NCBI RefSeq assembly: GCF_018350175.1
Contig: NC_058383.1
Location: forward strand, 7,070,001-7,134,000
Length of the DNA stretch: 64,000 nucleotides
Reading direction: 5' to 3'
DNA from: Felis catus
Taxonomy: Eukaryota
Shown: positions 1 to 11,529 of the stretch, one piece after another
Numbering within the stretch: position 1 is the first letter of the stretch
How the letters are laid out: the number at the start of each line of letters is the position of its first letter
The notes under the pieces: model-generated
Database searches by the model: none
What the model saw: only the letters and a program-made list of their open reading frames with translations
Told to the model about the DNA's origin: nothing
Position numbers and translations under genes: made by a program

Positions 1-659
1 CCTACAGGGCAATAAAACCATAATCTTTGGGTTTGTCTTTCTCCCAGACAGAAATCAGGCTAACAGGTAACTTCACAGTGAGTTCTAATCAATAGTAACT
101 CGCAAAGTCAAACAGATACATTCTGTTAGATAAATAAATAAGCCATGTGTTGTCTTGTTAAACAATACTGCAATATGTCATTGAATGGGCATTCGGCCAT
201 CCCTTTAGGTTATTTCCACGTTTTGAATCATTTTTTATTAACAAAATTAATTAGTAAGATCAAACTCCTAGTAAATAGACAAGCCTGAATTTGAATATTG
301 CTCTAAATCCAAATCTGGCTCTCTTCTAAACAAGCCACACTGCCATTGAACATCTCCAGCCTAGTGATATAAGCAGGCAAGTAAAGAAAAAGTGTAATAG
401 AGTGTAAAAAGTAATTATAGAAATATAAATAGGATGTTCTGGGGAAATATGTAGTATATAATCCTTAAATGCGCAAGGCATGCTTCTCAGGTGAAATAAT
501 TCAAGCTCAGTTGGAGACAGGTGTTTATAATTAGTCAGTCAGGTATAGAAGGGAAGAAATGGTGTCCCAAGAAGGAGAGAAAGTATGTGTTATACACCCA
601 GGTATGAGGATAATGGAGCATTTTGAGATTTAAAGATAGATTTCTTTGAAGATTTTGAT

Positions 660-892
660 ATAATGTTGAAAGAAACAGACTCTTAACTATAGAGAGCAAA
701 CTGATGGTTACCAGAGGGAAGGGAGTGGGAGGATGGGTCAAATAGGTGATGGGGATTAAGGAGTGCATTTGTTGTGATGAGCACTGAATAATGTACAGAA
801 GTGTTGAATCATTGTATTGTAAACCTGAAAGTAATATAACACTGTATGTTAACTATACTGGAATCAAAATTTTAAAAACTTAATAAAAAATA
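660..892 (+). mobile_element. L1 3' UTR fragment
   Basis: agagcaaactgatggttaccagaggg...tgatgagcactg...aatataacactgtatgttaactatactggaat followed by an A-rich tail. Confidence 0.8.
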
Positions 893-1080
893 AAGATATC
901 AAAGGGCTACCCACCCCCAAAATGCAGAAGTTCCAGGCAGGTTTACATGGGAATTCTATCAAGCCTCCAGGAAACAGGTAAGTTTCACTCAATTTGAACT
1001 CTACCGCAAAATTAAAGAGAAAGAAAGGTTCAGGAATTTTGTTGTTTTTATTTATTATAATTCAATATAAAATTGATGCC

Positions 1081-1175
1081 AGGGTACCTGGCTGGCTCAG
1101 TCTGAAGAGCATGTGACTCTTGATCTTGGAGTCATGAGTTCGAACTCCATGTTAGGTGTAGAAAGTACTAATAAA
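1081..1175 (+). mobile_element. Short CanSINE
   Basis: gggtacctggctggctcagt...gagttcgaactccatgttaggtgtaga, with tRNA-like A and B boxes. Confidence 0.8.
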
Positions 1176-1769
1176 AAATAAACTTCATTTTTAAAAACCC
1201 TCCATTTTCTAAATAAATAAGTAAATAATAAAACCGATGCCAATATTTGAACTACTTTGAACTCACTTCTTCCTGACTCTAAGTTAAATGTTCTTTCAAG
1301 TTCTTGCGTTTGAAAACATTGAAAAACTCCCAGTTGACTGTGGTGTGCTGTTTCTTTAATATACTTGATGATATTTTCTAATATTTAAAATTAACTTATT
1401 AACATTTTATAAGTGAGGTTGGCCTGCAGTTTTCTTTTTAATGATAAATTTATGATATTAAATCTTGAGAAATTCCTCTTCAGAAAAAAAATACAGAGAC
1501 TTCTCTAAGTCCTATAGTTCTAAGAATCACAGCTTTGTCAGAGAAAAGGCTGTAGTGAATATTAAAATTCGCAAAAGTTGTGTAATGAAAAATCCCAGGC
1601 TTTGGAGTCGGACAGTCCTGAGTAGGGCCAGGACTAGGGCAAGGTGAGGTGCCTGGGGTACAAAATTTAAGTAGGCACTCACTCTCCAGGTCCTTCAAGG
1701 GCACAAGTGGCACCTGAAAGTGAGTACTTCCTTAAATCTTGCCCCTCTGGCGTCTCATTTGCTTTACCC

Positions 1770-1970
1770 TGGTCAGACCCCCTGGATCTTAGCCCTGCCT
1801 TCACTACTTCCACGATCTTAGGTGAGTTACTTGAGCTCTTCAAGCCTCAATTATTTTGTTCTGCAAAATGGGTTTGATACTATCTACCTACCTCACAATA
1901 CTGTGTGAGAATTAAGTGAGATATATGATATATCAAGCAGACTGCCTGGAATATTACAGGTGCACGTCCA
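1770..1970 (+). mobile_element. MIR
   Basis: ttaggtgagttacttgagctcttcaagcctcaatt...ctgcaaaatggg...cctacctcaca...gagaattaagtgagat core. Confidence 0.7.
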
Positions 1971-2087
1971 ATTTAGTTTCTTTATCCTCTCCACCTTACC
2001 ATCTCAAAAATGGTGTTACAGGGGAAGCATGTAGAACCCAAATAACAATGAACCTGTTATGCATTGTTAGGAGTTTAGACTCTCTCT

Positions 2088-2263
2088 AGAACAGTGGTTC
2101 TCAAACCTATAGCAACAGCATCAGCATCACTTTGGGATTTACTATTAGAACTGTAAATTCCGAGTTTCTGAATCAGAAACTCCTGTGGTAGGATCCAGCA
2201 AACTGCTTTAACAAGCCCTCCAGATGATTCTAATACTCATTAATGTTTGAGAGTTGCTGCTCC
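2088..2263. mobile_element. MER5A-like hAT DNA transposon
   Basis: cagtggttctcaaac...gaatcagaaactc...tttaacaagccctccagatgattctaat...tttgaga. Confidence 0.75.
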
Positions 2264-2887
2264 AGATGAACATGGGAATGATTGTGGGATTTTTAAGCAA
2301 GAAAGTAATATGAAAGAAACATCAGTAGGTGTTGATTGAATGGATGAGAGATGAGAAATAGTTAAGACAAGATAGGGAGACTCATCAGGGAGTTGTTTTG
2401 TTAAAATAGAAACTATTCAAATTAGTGGAAGTGATAATGGGAGGTAGGTTTTCAATTACTTGGATAGCAGAAATAATGTGAATTTGAAGCTTCATAAGTG
2501 AGAGTTTTTGTCTTGTCATCTCTATATCTACAGAACTTGGGATATTAACCGTGTCACTGTAGGTTATCAATAAATGCTTGTTTCTGAGTGACTGAATCCA
2601 GGATATGTCCTACTCTACCTATATTTAAGTGATATAGTTGGGTGTGATTTTTCTTTGTAAGAAAAAACTTGTTTCCTTGCATATGGGAGATGAACAAAAG
2701 AGGAGATTTAGGGCTGCTTGGTCCTTGATATGCCAAGAAAAAATAGACATCGTTAACCTGTAGTTTTTCTTTCTGAAACATTCCTTTATTTGGTGTATAA
2801 TTATAACAGTTTGGCCAAATACGAATATGTGGGAAGCTCATGAGATTCACTGAATCCAAGATTATGGCATGTTGTTTTTATTGGCAG

Positions 2888-3779
2888 ATATGAAGCAATA
2901 TATAATGTCCAAACAATCAATACCCAAATAGTGGTCAAGATCATTGCCTCTCAGAGATTGTGACTTTCTTGTGCTATGAAGATCTTATGAGGATGATACT
3001 TGCCTGTGCAGCCCTTTGTCTGTCCTTACAGCTGTGGTTCTTGGGATTTTTATGAAATATAGAGAAACTCTCATAGTCAAAGCTAATAACTGAGCTCTTA
3101 GCTACATCTTTTTCATCTCCCTCATCTTGTGCTTCTCTGCTCCTTACTCTACATTGGCCATCCCAACACTGCCAGCTGCATCCTCCAACAGATGACATTT
3201 GGAGTCATATTCACTGTGGCTATTTCCACCATTTTGGTAAACCATCACTGTAGTTCTGGCTTTCAAGATCACAATACCAGGGAGAAATGTGAGGCAGTAG
3301 TTACTATATGGGGCACCTGATTCTATCATCCCCATCTGCTTGGTGATTCAAGTGACTTTCTGTGTAGTCTGGTTGGGAACCTCTCCCCCTTTCGTTGACC
3401 TAGGTGCACATTCGAAGCCTACCTTCCTTATTGTGTGCACTAGGGCTCTATCATTATGTTCTACTTTTCCTTAGGTTATTTGGGTTCCTTGGCCCTTGCA
3501 AGCTTCACCTGGGTTCTCCTGGCCAGGAGGCTGCCTGACACTTTCAATGAAGCCAACTTCCTGACATTCAGCATGTTGGTGTTCTGTAGTGTCTGGATCA
3601 CATTCCGCCCTGTGTATAATAGCACCAAAGGGAAGGTGATGGCAGCCGTGGAGATCTTTTCTATCTTGGCTCCCATTGCTGGGTTACTAGGATGCATCTT
3701 TGCCCCAAAATGCCATAATATTCTTCTAAAGCTAGATAGGAATACCTTGCCAGAATTAAGGGGTAAAAACAAACTCTAG
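2888..3779 (+). pseudogene. Vomeronasal type-2 receptor (V2R, class C GPCR) pseudogene, terminal 7TM exon
   Basis: Acceptor ttggcag at 2881-2887. The pieces translate to V2R motifs: [113 protein letters not shown]. In-frame stops at 3091-3093 (TGA) and 3298-3300 (TAG), plus several frameshifts. Confidence 0.92.
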
Positions 3780-4669
3780 GGGAACACAAATTTTCTAAGG
3801 CTCTACTTCATGGATTTCATAAAACATTTAGAAAGGTCGAAAATTAAGCAATACTATAGAGTCCTCTCCCCACACCTTGCCATGGATACATAAATGTTCT
3901 AACATCATTTTCCCCTGATTTGAGACACTGTGGTTGTTATAAACTAAATTTCTGTATATAAATCTGTGTGTTTTGGGTACACTATTCTTTCACTGATTCT
4001 TTCCCTGAATGAATACCACACTAATTTCTGGATTTCATAGCATGTTCTGACAGCTGATAGCACCTGCTCTTCATTGTTGCTCTTTTTTAGTTATTTTGTG
4101 CTTATTCTTGCAGATTTTCTCTTTGACCTAACTTTTTGAATTGTCTTGCCAAATTTCACAATGCATACTAAGAAATTTAGATTATAATAATTTTTAATTT
4201 AAAGATTACTTTGTAAAGAACTGACCCCTTTGCAATAAAGTTTCCCATGTAGGAATGTGCTTTATCTCCATTTTCATTTTCATTTTATTTATTAATGTTT
4301 TGTTATATTTTTTGACTTGTTCTTTGAGCTAAGTAATGTATTGTTTTTTGTACATTTCTTGAGCTTACTTGTTGGTTCCAATTAATTGTAAGTTGATTCT
4401 CTTGGATGTCTGTGGTATGAAAATTAATATAATAAAATGTTTCTGCTCATTTTATTATTTCTTATTATATTGGCAAGATTATATAATGCTTAATAGTAGT
4501 AGCAATTATGGGCTTTGTATTGTTCTTGGCTTTAGTGGGAATGTTTCTGATATTTTTTAGATTAAAATTTACATTGTGGTAGGTTTTAGGATCATACTTT
4601 TTAAAATCCAAATAAATATTTCATTAATGATGAAAGTGCTCTGTATTCAACCTAACCTAATTTTTTACA

Positions 4670-4868
4670 TAATTTTTAAAAATTATATGGAAATGCACAT
4701 AACAGAATTTACTACCTTAACCATTTTTAAATGTTCAGTTCAATGGTGTTAAGTATCTTCATATTGTGTGCAATGTATCTCCATAATTAATGGACATAAT
4801 GCCGGCCAGGTCCAACCACGTTGCTGCAAATGGCAGGGTTTCCTTCTTTTTATGGCTGAATACTATTC

Positions 4869-4921
<53 letters not shown>

Positions 4922-5983
4922 TGTGTACATTTTCTTGATTCATTAATCCATGGATGGACTTTTAGGTTTTTTCTATGTCTTGGCTATTATAAATAATCTG
5001 CAATGAACATGGGGATACAGATATCTTTTTGTGATAGTGATTTCACTTCCTTTGGATATATACCCAGAAGTGGAATTGCTGGATTATATTGTAGTTCTAT
5101 TTTTAAGTTTTTTAGGAACCTCCATACTGTTTTCAATTGTAGCTATACCACTTTACATTCCCACCAACAGTGCACAAGTGTTCCCTTTTCTCATTTTCTC
5201 CACATCCTCACCAGCACTTATCTCTTATCTTTTTGGTAACAGCCATTGTAACAGTATGAGGGAGTATCTCATTGTGGTTTTGATTTGCGTTTACCTGATG
5301 CTTAAGGATGTTGAGCACCTTTTCATGTACCTGTTGGTCATTCATATATCTTCTTTGGAAACTGTTTAGTTCTTCTGCCCATTTTTATTTTCATTTATTT
5401 TTTTAACTTACATCCAAGTTAGTTAGCATATAGTGCAACAATGATTTCAGGAGTAGATTCACTAATGCCCCGTACCCATTTAGCCCATCCCCCCTCCCAC
5501 AATCCTCCTCTGCCCATTTTTAAATCAGATTGTTTGTTTTCTTGCTATTGACTTATAGGAGTTCCTTACAAATTTTGGATGTTAACCTCTTATCAGACAT
5601 ATGATTTCCAAATATTTCCTCCCACTCTGTAGGTTGCCTTTTCATTTTGTTGATAATTTTCCTTGCTGTGCAGAAGTTTTCTGGTTTAATATAGTCCCAC
5701 TTGTTTGTTTTGCTTCTGTTGCCTTTACTTTTGTTACCAAATCCAAAAACCCATTACCAAAACTGATGTCAAGGAGACCACCCCCTATGTTTTCTTCTAG
5801 TAGTTTTATGGTTTCCGGTCTGAATTCCAAGTCTTTAATCCAATTTGTGTTGATTTTTTTCCTAATCATATCCCTAATGATTAATGATGTTGAGCATCTT
5901 TTCATGTGCTTATTGTCTATTTGCATAACTTGTTTGGAGAAATGTCTATCCAAGTCCTTTACTCATTTTTTAATCTGGTTATT

Positions 5984-6019
<36 letters not shown>

Positions 6020-6362
6020 TTGAGTTGTACTCATTCTTTATACATTCTGAATATTAACTCCCTTCAGATGTATGGTTTATAAATATTTTCTCTTATTTCA
6101 TAGGTTGCCTTTTCACTCTGTTGATTGTGTCCTTAGGTGAATAGAAGTTTTAAATTTTGGTGTAGTCCCATTTACCTATGTTTACTTTTGTTGTTTGTGC
6201 TTCTTGTGTCATATCCAAAATATCATTGGTAAATCCAATGCCATGAAGCTTTCCCCCTATGTCTATTCTACGAGCTTTATCATTTTAACTCTTAGATTAG
6301 GTTTTTGATACATTTTTAGTTAATTTTTGTATACGGTGTAACTTAAAGGTCCAATTTCATTC
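4670..6362 (-). mobile_element. Nested L1 fragments (ORF2 3' end and 3' UTR)
   Basis: Minus-strand ORF2-like peptides (MDRHFSK...[30 protein letters not shown]). Includes a 120-bp younger L1 3' end at 5388-5508. Confidence 0.88.
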
Positions 6363-6364
6363 TG

Positions 6365-7220
6365 ATTACAATAGCAATCAAAAATAATACTTCAGAATGG
6401 ACTTAAACAAGAAAATGAAAGATTTGTACACTGAAAAATACAAACCACTCCTGAAAGAAATTAAAAAGACAAATAAATAAAAAGATACCTTGTGTTCATG
6501 AATTTGAAGACTTGATATTTTAAGACATCCATACTACCCAAAGTGATCTACAGAGTCAATGCCATCACTATCAAAATCCTAATGACATTTTTTTTCCGAA
6601 ATAGAAAAATCTATCCTAAAATTCATATGGAATCAAGGGACCCCAAATAGCCAAAACAATCCTGAAAAGGAATAAAACTGGAGAAATCACACTTCCTGAT
6701 TTCATAAGTTACTACAAAGTTATAGTTATCACAAAAGTGTGATACTGGCATAAAGATAGACATATAGACCAATGAGACAGAATACAGAGCACAAGAAGCA
6801 ACCCTCAGATACATGGCCAAATGATTTTCAACAAGGATGCCAAGATCCTTCAATGGTGAAAAGAGTCTTTTCAATAAGTGATGCCAGGAAAACTGGATAT
6901 TCACATGCAAAAGAATGAAGTTGAACCTTTACCTAACACCATATACAAAACTTAACTGAAAATGTATCAAAATTCTAATGTAAGACTTAAGACAATAAAC
7001 ATAAGGGGAAAGCTTCATGATATTTGCCAATAATTTCTTGGATATGACTCACAAAGCACATGCAACAAAGGTAAAAATAGGTAAGTTGGAATACCTCAAA
7101 ATTTAAAACTTCTGTTCATCAAAGGACACAATTAACAGAGTGAAAATGCAACCTATGGAATGAGAGAAAATATTTATAAGCCACATATCTGAAAAGGGGT
7201 TAATATCTGGAATATATAAA
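6365..7220 (+). mobile_element. L1 ORF2 fragment
   Basis: tactacccaaagtgatctacagagtcaatg, ctaaaattcatatggaa, tcacacttcctgatttca, aagagtcttttcaataagtg. Confidence 0.88.
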
Positions 7221-7517
7221 GTGATGATAATAATGTAGTGTTAAATCTCTTCTCAAGGGGAGCCAATATAAAACTATGTTATTTACTTTTGACAGGTGCT
7301 AGCATTGCATGAATACCCTCCATAGAGTTGGCCTAAATTGTTTCATTCCCAAATAATCTTACAGCATCCCTGACAAGGCCATAGTTGTATGTGTAGAAAG
7401 AGAGGTAGCAGAACAACCACCTCTATCTAATTGGGATTGTGAACTCACTGTTTGTGCAAAACCCTTGAGCCTTCAGAAACAACCCAGGCACAGTTTCTAT
7501 AAAAATCAATTCCACTT

Positions 7518-7643
7518 GGGGTGCCTGGGTGGCTCAGTCGGTTAAGCATCCAACTCTTGGTTTCAGCTCAGGTCATGATCTCATGGATCGTGAGTTCGAG
7601 CCCCATGTCAGGCTCTGCACTGACAGTACAGAAACTGCTTGAG

Positions 7644-7692
<49 letters not shown>

Positions 7693-7742
7693 CTTCCCTG
7701 CTCTTTCTTTCTCTCAAAATAAATAAATAAACTTAAAAAAAA
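7518..7742 (+). mobile_element. CanSINE
   Basis: ggggtgcctgggtggctcagtcggttaag head, (CT)n body and aaataaataaa tail. TSD-like aaaatcaattccactt / aaaatcatttccactt. Confidence 0.92.
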
Positions 7743-8786
7743 TCATTTCCACTTGATACTGGAATGTTACAAGGTAAATCCAGTCTTAGGGCTAGATGGA
7801 TAAGAAGGCACCCAACTGGTGGCTCATCTTATAGAATGCCAAAAAGCTGTTTCTGAAAAGGAAAATACGAAAAGGCATTTCACAAAAAATGCCTTTGTGA
7901 AAAAAAGGCATAACTTTGCTCTCAAAGTGTTATTCTTCTTGAAGATGGTCCCAGGGCTTCACGACTTTTTTTTTAACTAATAAGGAAGTAAGATATAGAA
8001 ATTTTCCTCACTTTGGAATCCCTCAGATCATTAGATCTCAGAAAAATTCATTGAGATGTCAGATCTCTTTGCATTTGCATGAGATTAACATCTGGCTGTC
8101 TGAAACAAATGAGTCTTGCCAAGCCATCTACTGTATTATTCATTTTTATAATTTCTTCCCCTTTCTGAGTTAAATATCATTAATGTCATGTGAGATAGTT
8201 AAAACAATCTACATTCTTTTCATTTATTAATTTATGCAACAAATAGCTGTTGCACACTTACTTCATGTCAGGCTCTTTTCTTGGCTCTACTGAGACAATA
8301 GTAAACAAAGTAAAGTCCTTGCCCTCGGTTTCTCATGTTCTAGTAAGACAAACAATAAGTATAATATAATATAATATGCAAAATTATGCAAAGTAGTATT
8401 ATAAAGTTGAAGCAGGGGACAGAGGATGCAGAGTGCTGTTTTAGATATGGTAGTCAGGGAAGCACATTTTGGCAAGGCTACATTTTTAAAGAAATCAAAA
8501 GGAAATGAGGGAGCGTCTAGTAATTTCAAGAGTTGATCTTGGATTTCTTAGCCTCCAGAACAATGAGAAAATAAAATGCTTGTTGTCTAAGCTGCCTAGT
8601 ATATGGTATTTTTGTTATAGCAGCCCAAATGGGCCAAGATAGTGCTCTACAGTGCCTGAGACCACAAGAATACTGGAATTATATGCTAACCACTTGATTT
8701 TGGCAATAGTCATCAGATATCTGGAGCCTTGAAAAGTCTTAGAGGTTTACACAGATAGGCTAAGGAGTTTATGCCATTCCACTCTT

Positions 8787-8997
8787 TTTTTTAACATTTT
8801 ATTTATATTTTAAAGCTTATTTATTTATTTTGAGACAAAGTGTGAGAAAGAGCAAGAAGGGAGAAGGATAGAAAGAATCCCAAGCAGGGTCTGTGCTCTC
8901 TGCCCCAACACAGGGCTCAATCTCATGAACCGTGAGTTCATTACCTAAACTGAAATCAAGAGTCAGAGGCTTAACTGACTGAGCCACCCAGCACCCC
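8787..8997 (-). mobile_element. CanSINE immediately 3' of the OR2AE1 stop
   Basis: Reverse-strand SINE with TSD CCATTCCACTCTT at 8774-8786 and 8998-9010. Confidence 0.9.
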
Positions 8998-9014
8998 CCA
9001 TTCCACTCTTATAC

Positions 9015-9974
9015 TCAGGATAACTGCAATTGCCATCTCTGAGTGAGAATCTCCCTCCCCATCACTCCTCTCAGAGCCTTGGCTACATCCTTATTCCGGA
9101 GAGTATAAATCAAAGGATTCAGGGTAGGAGTAATGATGCTATAGAACACAGAACCAACTTTGTCTTGCAGTGGAGTTCTCTGGGATCTGGGCCTCATATA
9201 TGAGAAGATGCAGGCACCAAACCAAAAGGAAACCACAATGAGGTGAGAGCTACAAGTGGCAAAAGCATTTCTCTTACTCCCAGCTGAACGCATCTGAATG
9301 ACACTGTGGAGAATGAAGGCATACGATGTAGAAATGAAGAGGGTGGGGAGGAGGAGAAGTACAATGCTGATGATGTACACTATGGTCTCATATACAGTGA
9401 TGTCTCCACACACCAACTTCAAAATAGCTGGAAACTCACAATAGAAGTGGTGGATTTTTCGAGACCCACAGAAAGGTAAGTGCATCAAGATCACTGTGTG
9501 AATTAGAGAGTTTATGGATGCTCCCAACCACGACATGACCACCATCATCAGTCCCACCTTTCTGCTCATGAGAACAGTATAGCGAAGTGGATGACAGATG
9601 GCAACATAGCGGTCATAAGACATGAGAGCTAAGAGAAGACACTCAGCACCACCCAGAGACAAATACAGGAAGTGCTGGGTTGCACAGCCCACAAAGGAGA
9701 TGGTCTTCTTGCCAGATAGGTAGTTGGTAGCCATCTTGGGGATGGTTGTGGAGACATGCATCAGATCCATGAGGGAGAGCTGGCTGAGCAGGAAGTACAT
9801 GGGTGTATGAAGCCGAGCATCAGCACAGATGAGGAGAATAGTGAGCATGTTGCCACTCACCGCAATAAGGAAGACCACTATGGTTAAAGAGAAAAGGAAA
9901 AGATGGGTGAGAGAGTCATCAAAGAGCCCTTCAAGGATGAAGTCTGCCAGAGAGGTCTGATTCCTCTGCCACAT
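9015..9974 (-). CDS. OR2AE1: Olfactory receptor family 2 subfamily AE member 1, intact, 319 aa
   Basis: Single-exon ORF with OR motifs LHTPMYFLLSQLS, MSYDRYVAICHPLRY, HFYCE, AFATCSSH and PTLNPLIYTLRNKDV. The N-terminus MWQRNQTSLADFILEGLFDDSLTHLFLFSLT matches OR2AE1, and the gene is syntenic with TRIM4. A splice acceptor (ttcctctttcctcag) lies 16 nt upstream of the ATG. Confidence 0.93.
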   Translation of the reverse strand: MWQRNQTSLADFILEGLFDDSLTHLFLFSLTIVVFLIAVSGNMLTILLICADARLHTPMYFLLSQLSLMDLMHVSTTIPKMATNYLSGKKTISFVGCATQHFLYLSLGGAECLLLALMSYDRYVAICHPLRYTVLMSRKVGLMMVVMSWLGASINSLIHTVILMHLPFCGSRKIHHFYCEFPAILKLVCGDITVYETIVYIISIVLLLLPTLFISTSYAFILHSVIQMRSAGSKRNAFATCSSHLIVVSFWFGACIFSYMRPRSQRTPLQDKVGSVFYSIITPTLNPLIYTLRNKDVAKALRGVMGREILTQRWQLQLS

Positions 9975-10203
9975 GTCCCCTTTCTCAGTCCTGAGGAAAG
10001 AGGAAATAGATGAGTGTGATATCAGAAATACCGGGGTTCAGCACACCTGACAGTAAGCACCTTTTAATCTAGCAAAGAATTTGAGAAGAGAATTTTTTTC
10101 TATTTCTGATTATTCAACAGCTCTAATTATTGAAATAAACTTTTAGAAAAAGAACTCAAATCTCTCTTCGCAAACGTGATTAACTCTGAAAATCCAGAAT
10201 ATC

Positions 10204-10267
10204 TGCATTCTGTTAAGTGCCATTCTTCAAAACAAGAGTCTCTCCTCATTAAGGAAGAAGGGTGTGT

Positions 10268-10308
<41 letters not shown>

Positions 10309-11301
10309 CACATAAGGAAGAAATATATACACATATATTTTTATACACATATATGATGTATATTTTATATATTTTTATATACCTCATATATGTGTATTTT
10401 TATACACATTATATATGTGTATATCTTTACACACATATGCTTTTATATGTGTATATATACTTTATGTGCACTAAATTTTATATACTTTATATAGATACTT
10501 ATGAGTATGTGTACTTTTTTATAAGTATAAATATAAACATATACATTTAGTGGATTGTACAAAAATTTGGGGGTGCCTGGGTGGCTCAGTCAGTTAAGCG
10601 TCTGACTTCAGCTCAGGTCATGATCTCGCGGTTGGTGAGTTCAAGCCCCGCGTCGGGCCCTGTGCTGACAGCTCGGAGCCAGGAGCCTGTTTCAGATTCT
10701 GTGTCTCCCTCTCTCTGACCCTCCCCCGTTCATGCTCTGTCTCTCTCCGTCTCAAAAATAAATAAACGTTAAAAAATTAAAAAAAAAAATTTGGCCTTAC
10801 ACAGTTGTGAAAGCTGATTAAGCTGTCTATATAAGGTTGTCACCTTTGTGTCTGATCGTGGAACTTGAGGTCTGTAGGGCAAGTGGTAAGGAAGGGAAAA
10901 TGGATATAAAGGGTGGTAGATCAAGGGCAGACTGGAATATACAAGCCTGAGCTACAACCCCACAAGGGCAGACTGAAACCCATGTCAGTTCTTGTTGCCT
11001 CTGGAATTGGGGGATGTGGTTATTTGGAAGAAGCAGGGGCCAGAAATCAGAGAGGATAAGTTAGGAGGATCCAGGGAAACGTAGAGCAATCGCGGGCCCA
11101 ACAGCTGCTTTCACACCAAGAGATTAAGTCAGCAGATCAGCAACCACATACGTAAACTACAAAATGGCTACTTCCTTTATGCCCTCTAAATCTCCCTTAG
11201 AATCTCTCCTATGGCCCATCTTCACCAGAAAAGCACAAAAATGGGAATTCTTGGAAGTATAATTCACCCTAGCAAAGAGGACATATTACAAAACCACCAG
11301 A
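10204..11301 (-). mobile_element. ERV-L class LTR (LTR52-like), interrupted by a (TG/TA) microsatellite and a SINE
   Basis: LTR start resembling tgtggtggctttgtaatgtgtc at ~11280-11301 on -, abutting ERV-L PPT-region sequence (gtccatcctctgttggctggacatccatacac). The left boundary is uncertain. Confidence 0.6.
10569..10790 (+). mobile_element. CanSINE (felid SINEC_Fc-type)
   Basis: Well-preserved copy with TSD aaaaatttgg. Confidence 0.93.
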
Positions 11302-11529
11302 GTCCATCCTCTGTTGGCTGGACATCCATACACATTTCCTTAAAGCCAATGAACACAACAAAGTCATTCTTCTGCCTAACATAACTATCCTGCATACAAC
11401 TAAAAATGTGCAAAATATTTGTATAAAAATAGGGAAGAAATACCCATTACTATCGTCCACAAAATAAGTCATCCTACCCAAGCACCAACGCATTCTGTGA
11501 CCACAGTTAGCACTTTCAGTCACTCCTGT

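Noticed and set aside
3456..3779. 107-aa ORF as a functional small gene
   Set aside because: It is only the undisrupted tail of the V2R pseudogene exon.
5860..7220. Twin-priming 5' inversion of a single L1
   Set aside because: The two opposite-strand pieces overlap by a few hundred bases of ORF2 and I could not find a shared TSD, so independent insertions explain it equally well.
7518..7610. tRNA-like A/B boxes here and at many other sites
   Set aside because: These are heads of tRNA-derived CanSINEs, not tRNA genes. The recurring short ORFs (AQVMIS...SLSLSL) are SINE translations.
10176..10550. Tyr/Ile-rich ORF (likewise 28543-28925)
   Set aside because: Translation of TA/TG microsatellite sequence.
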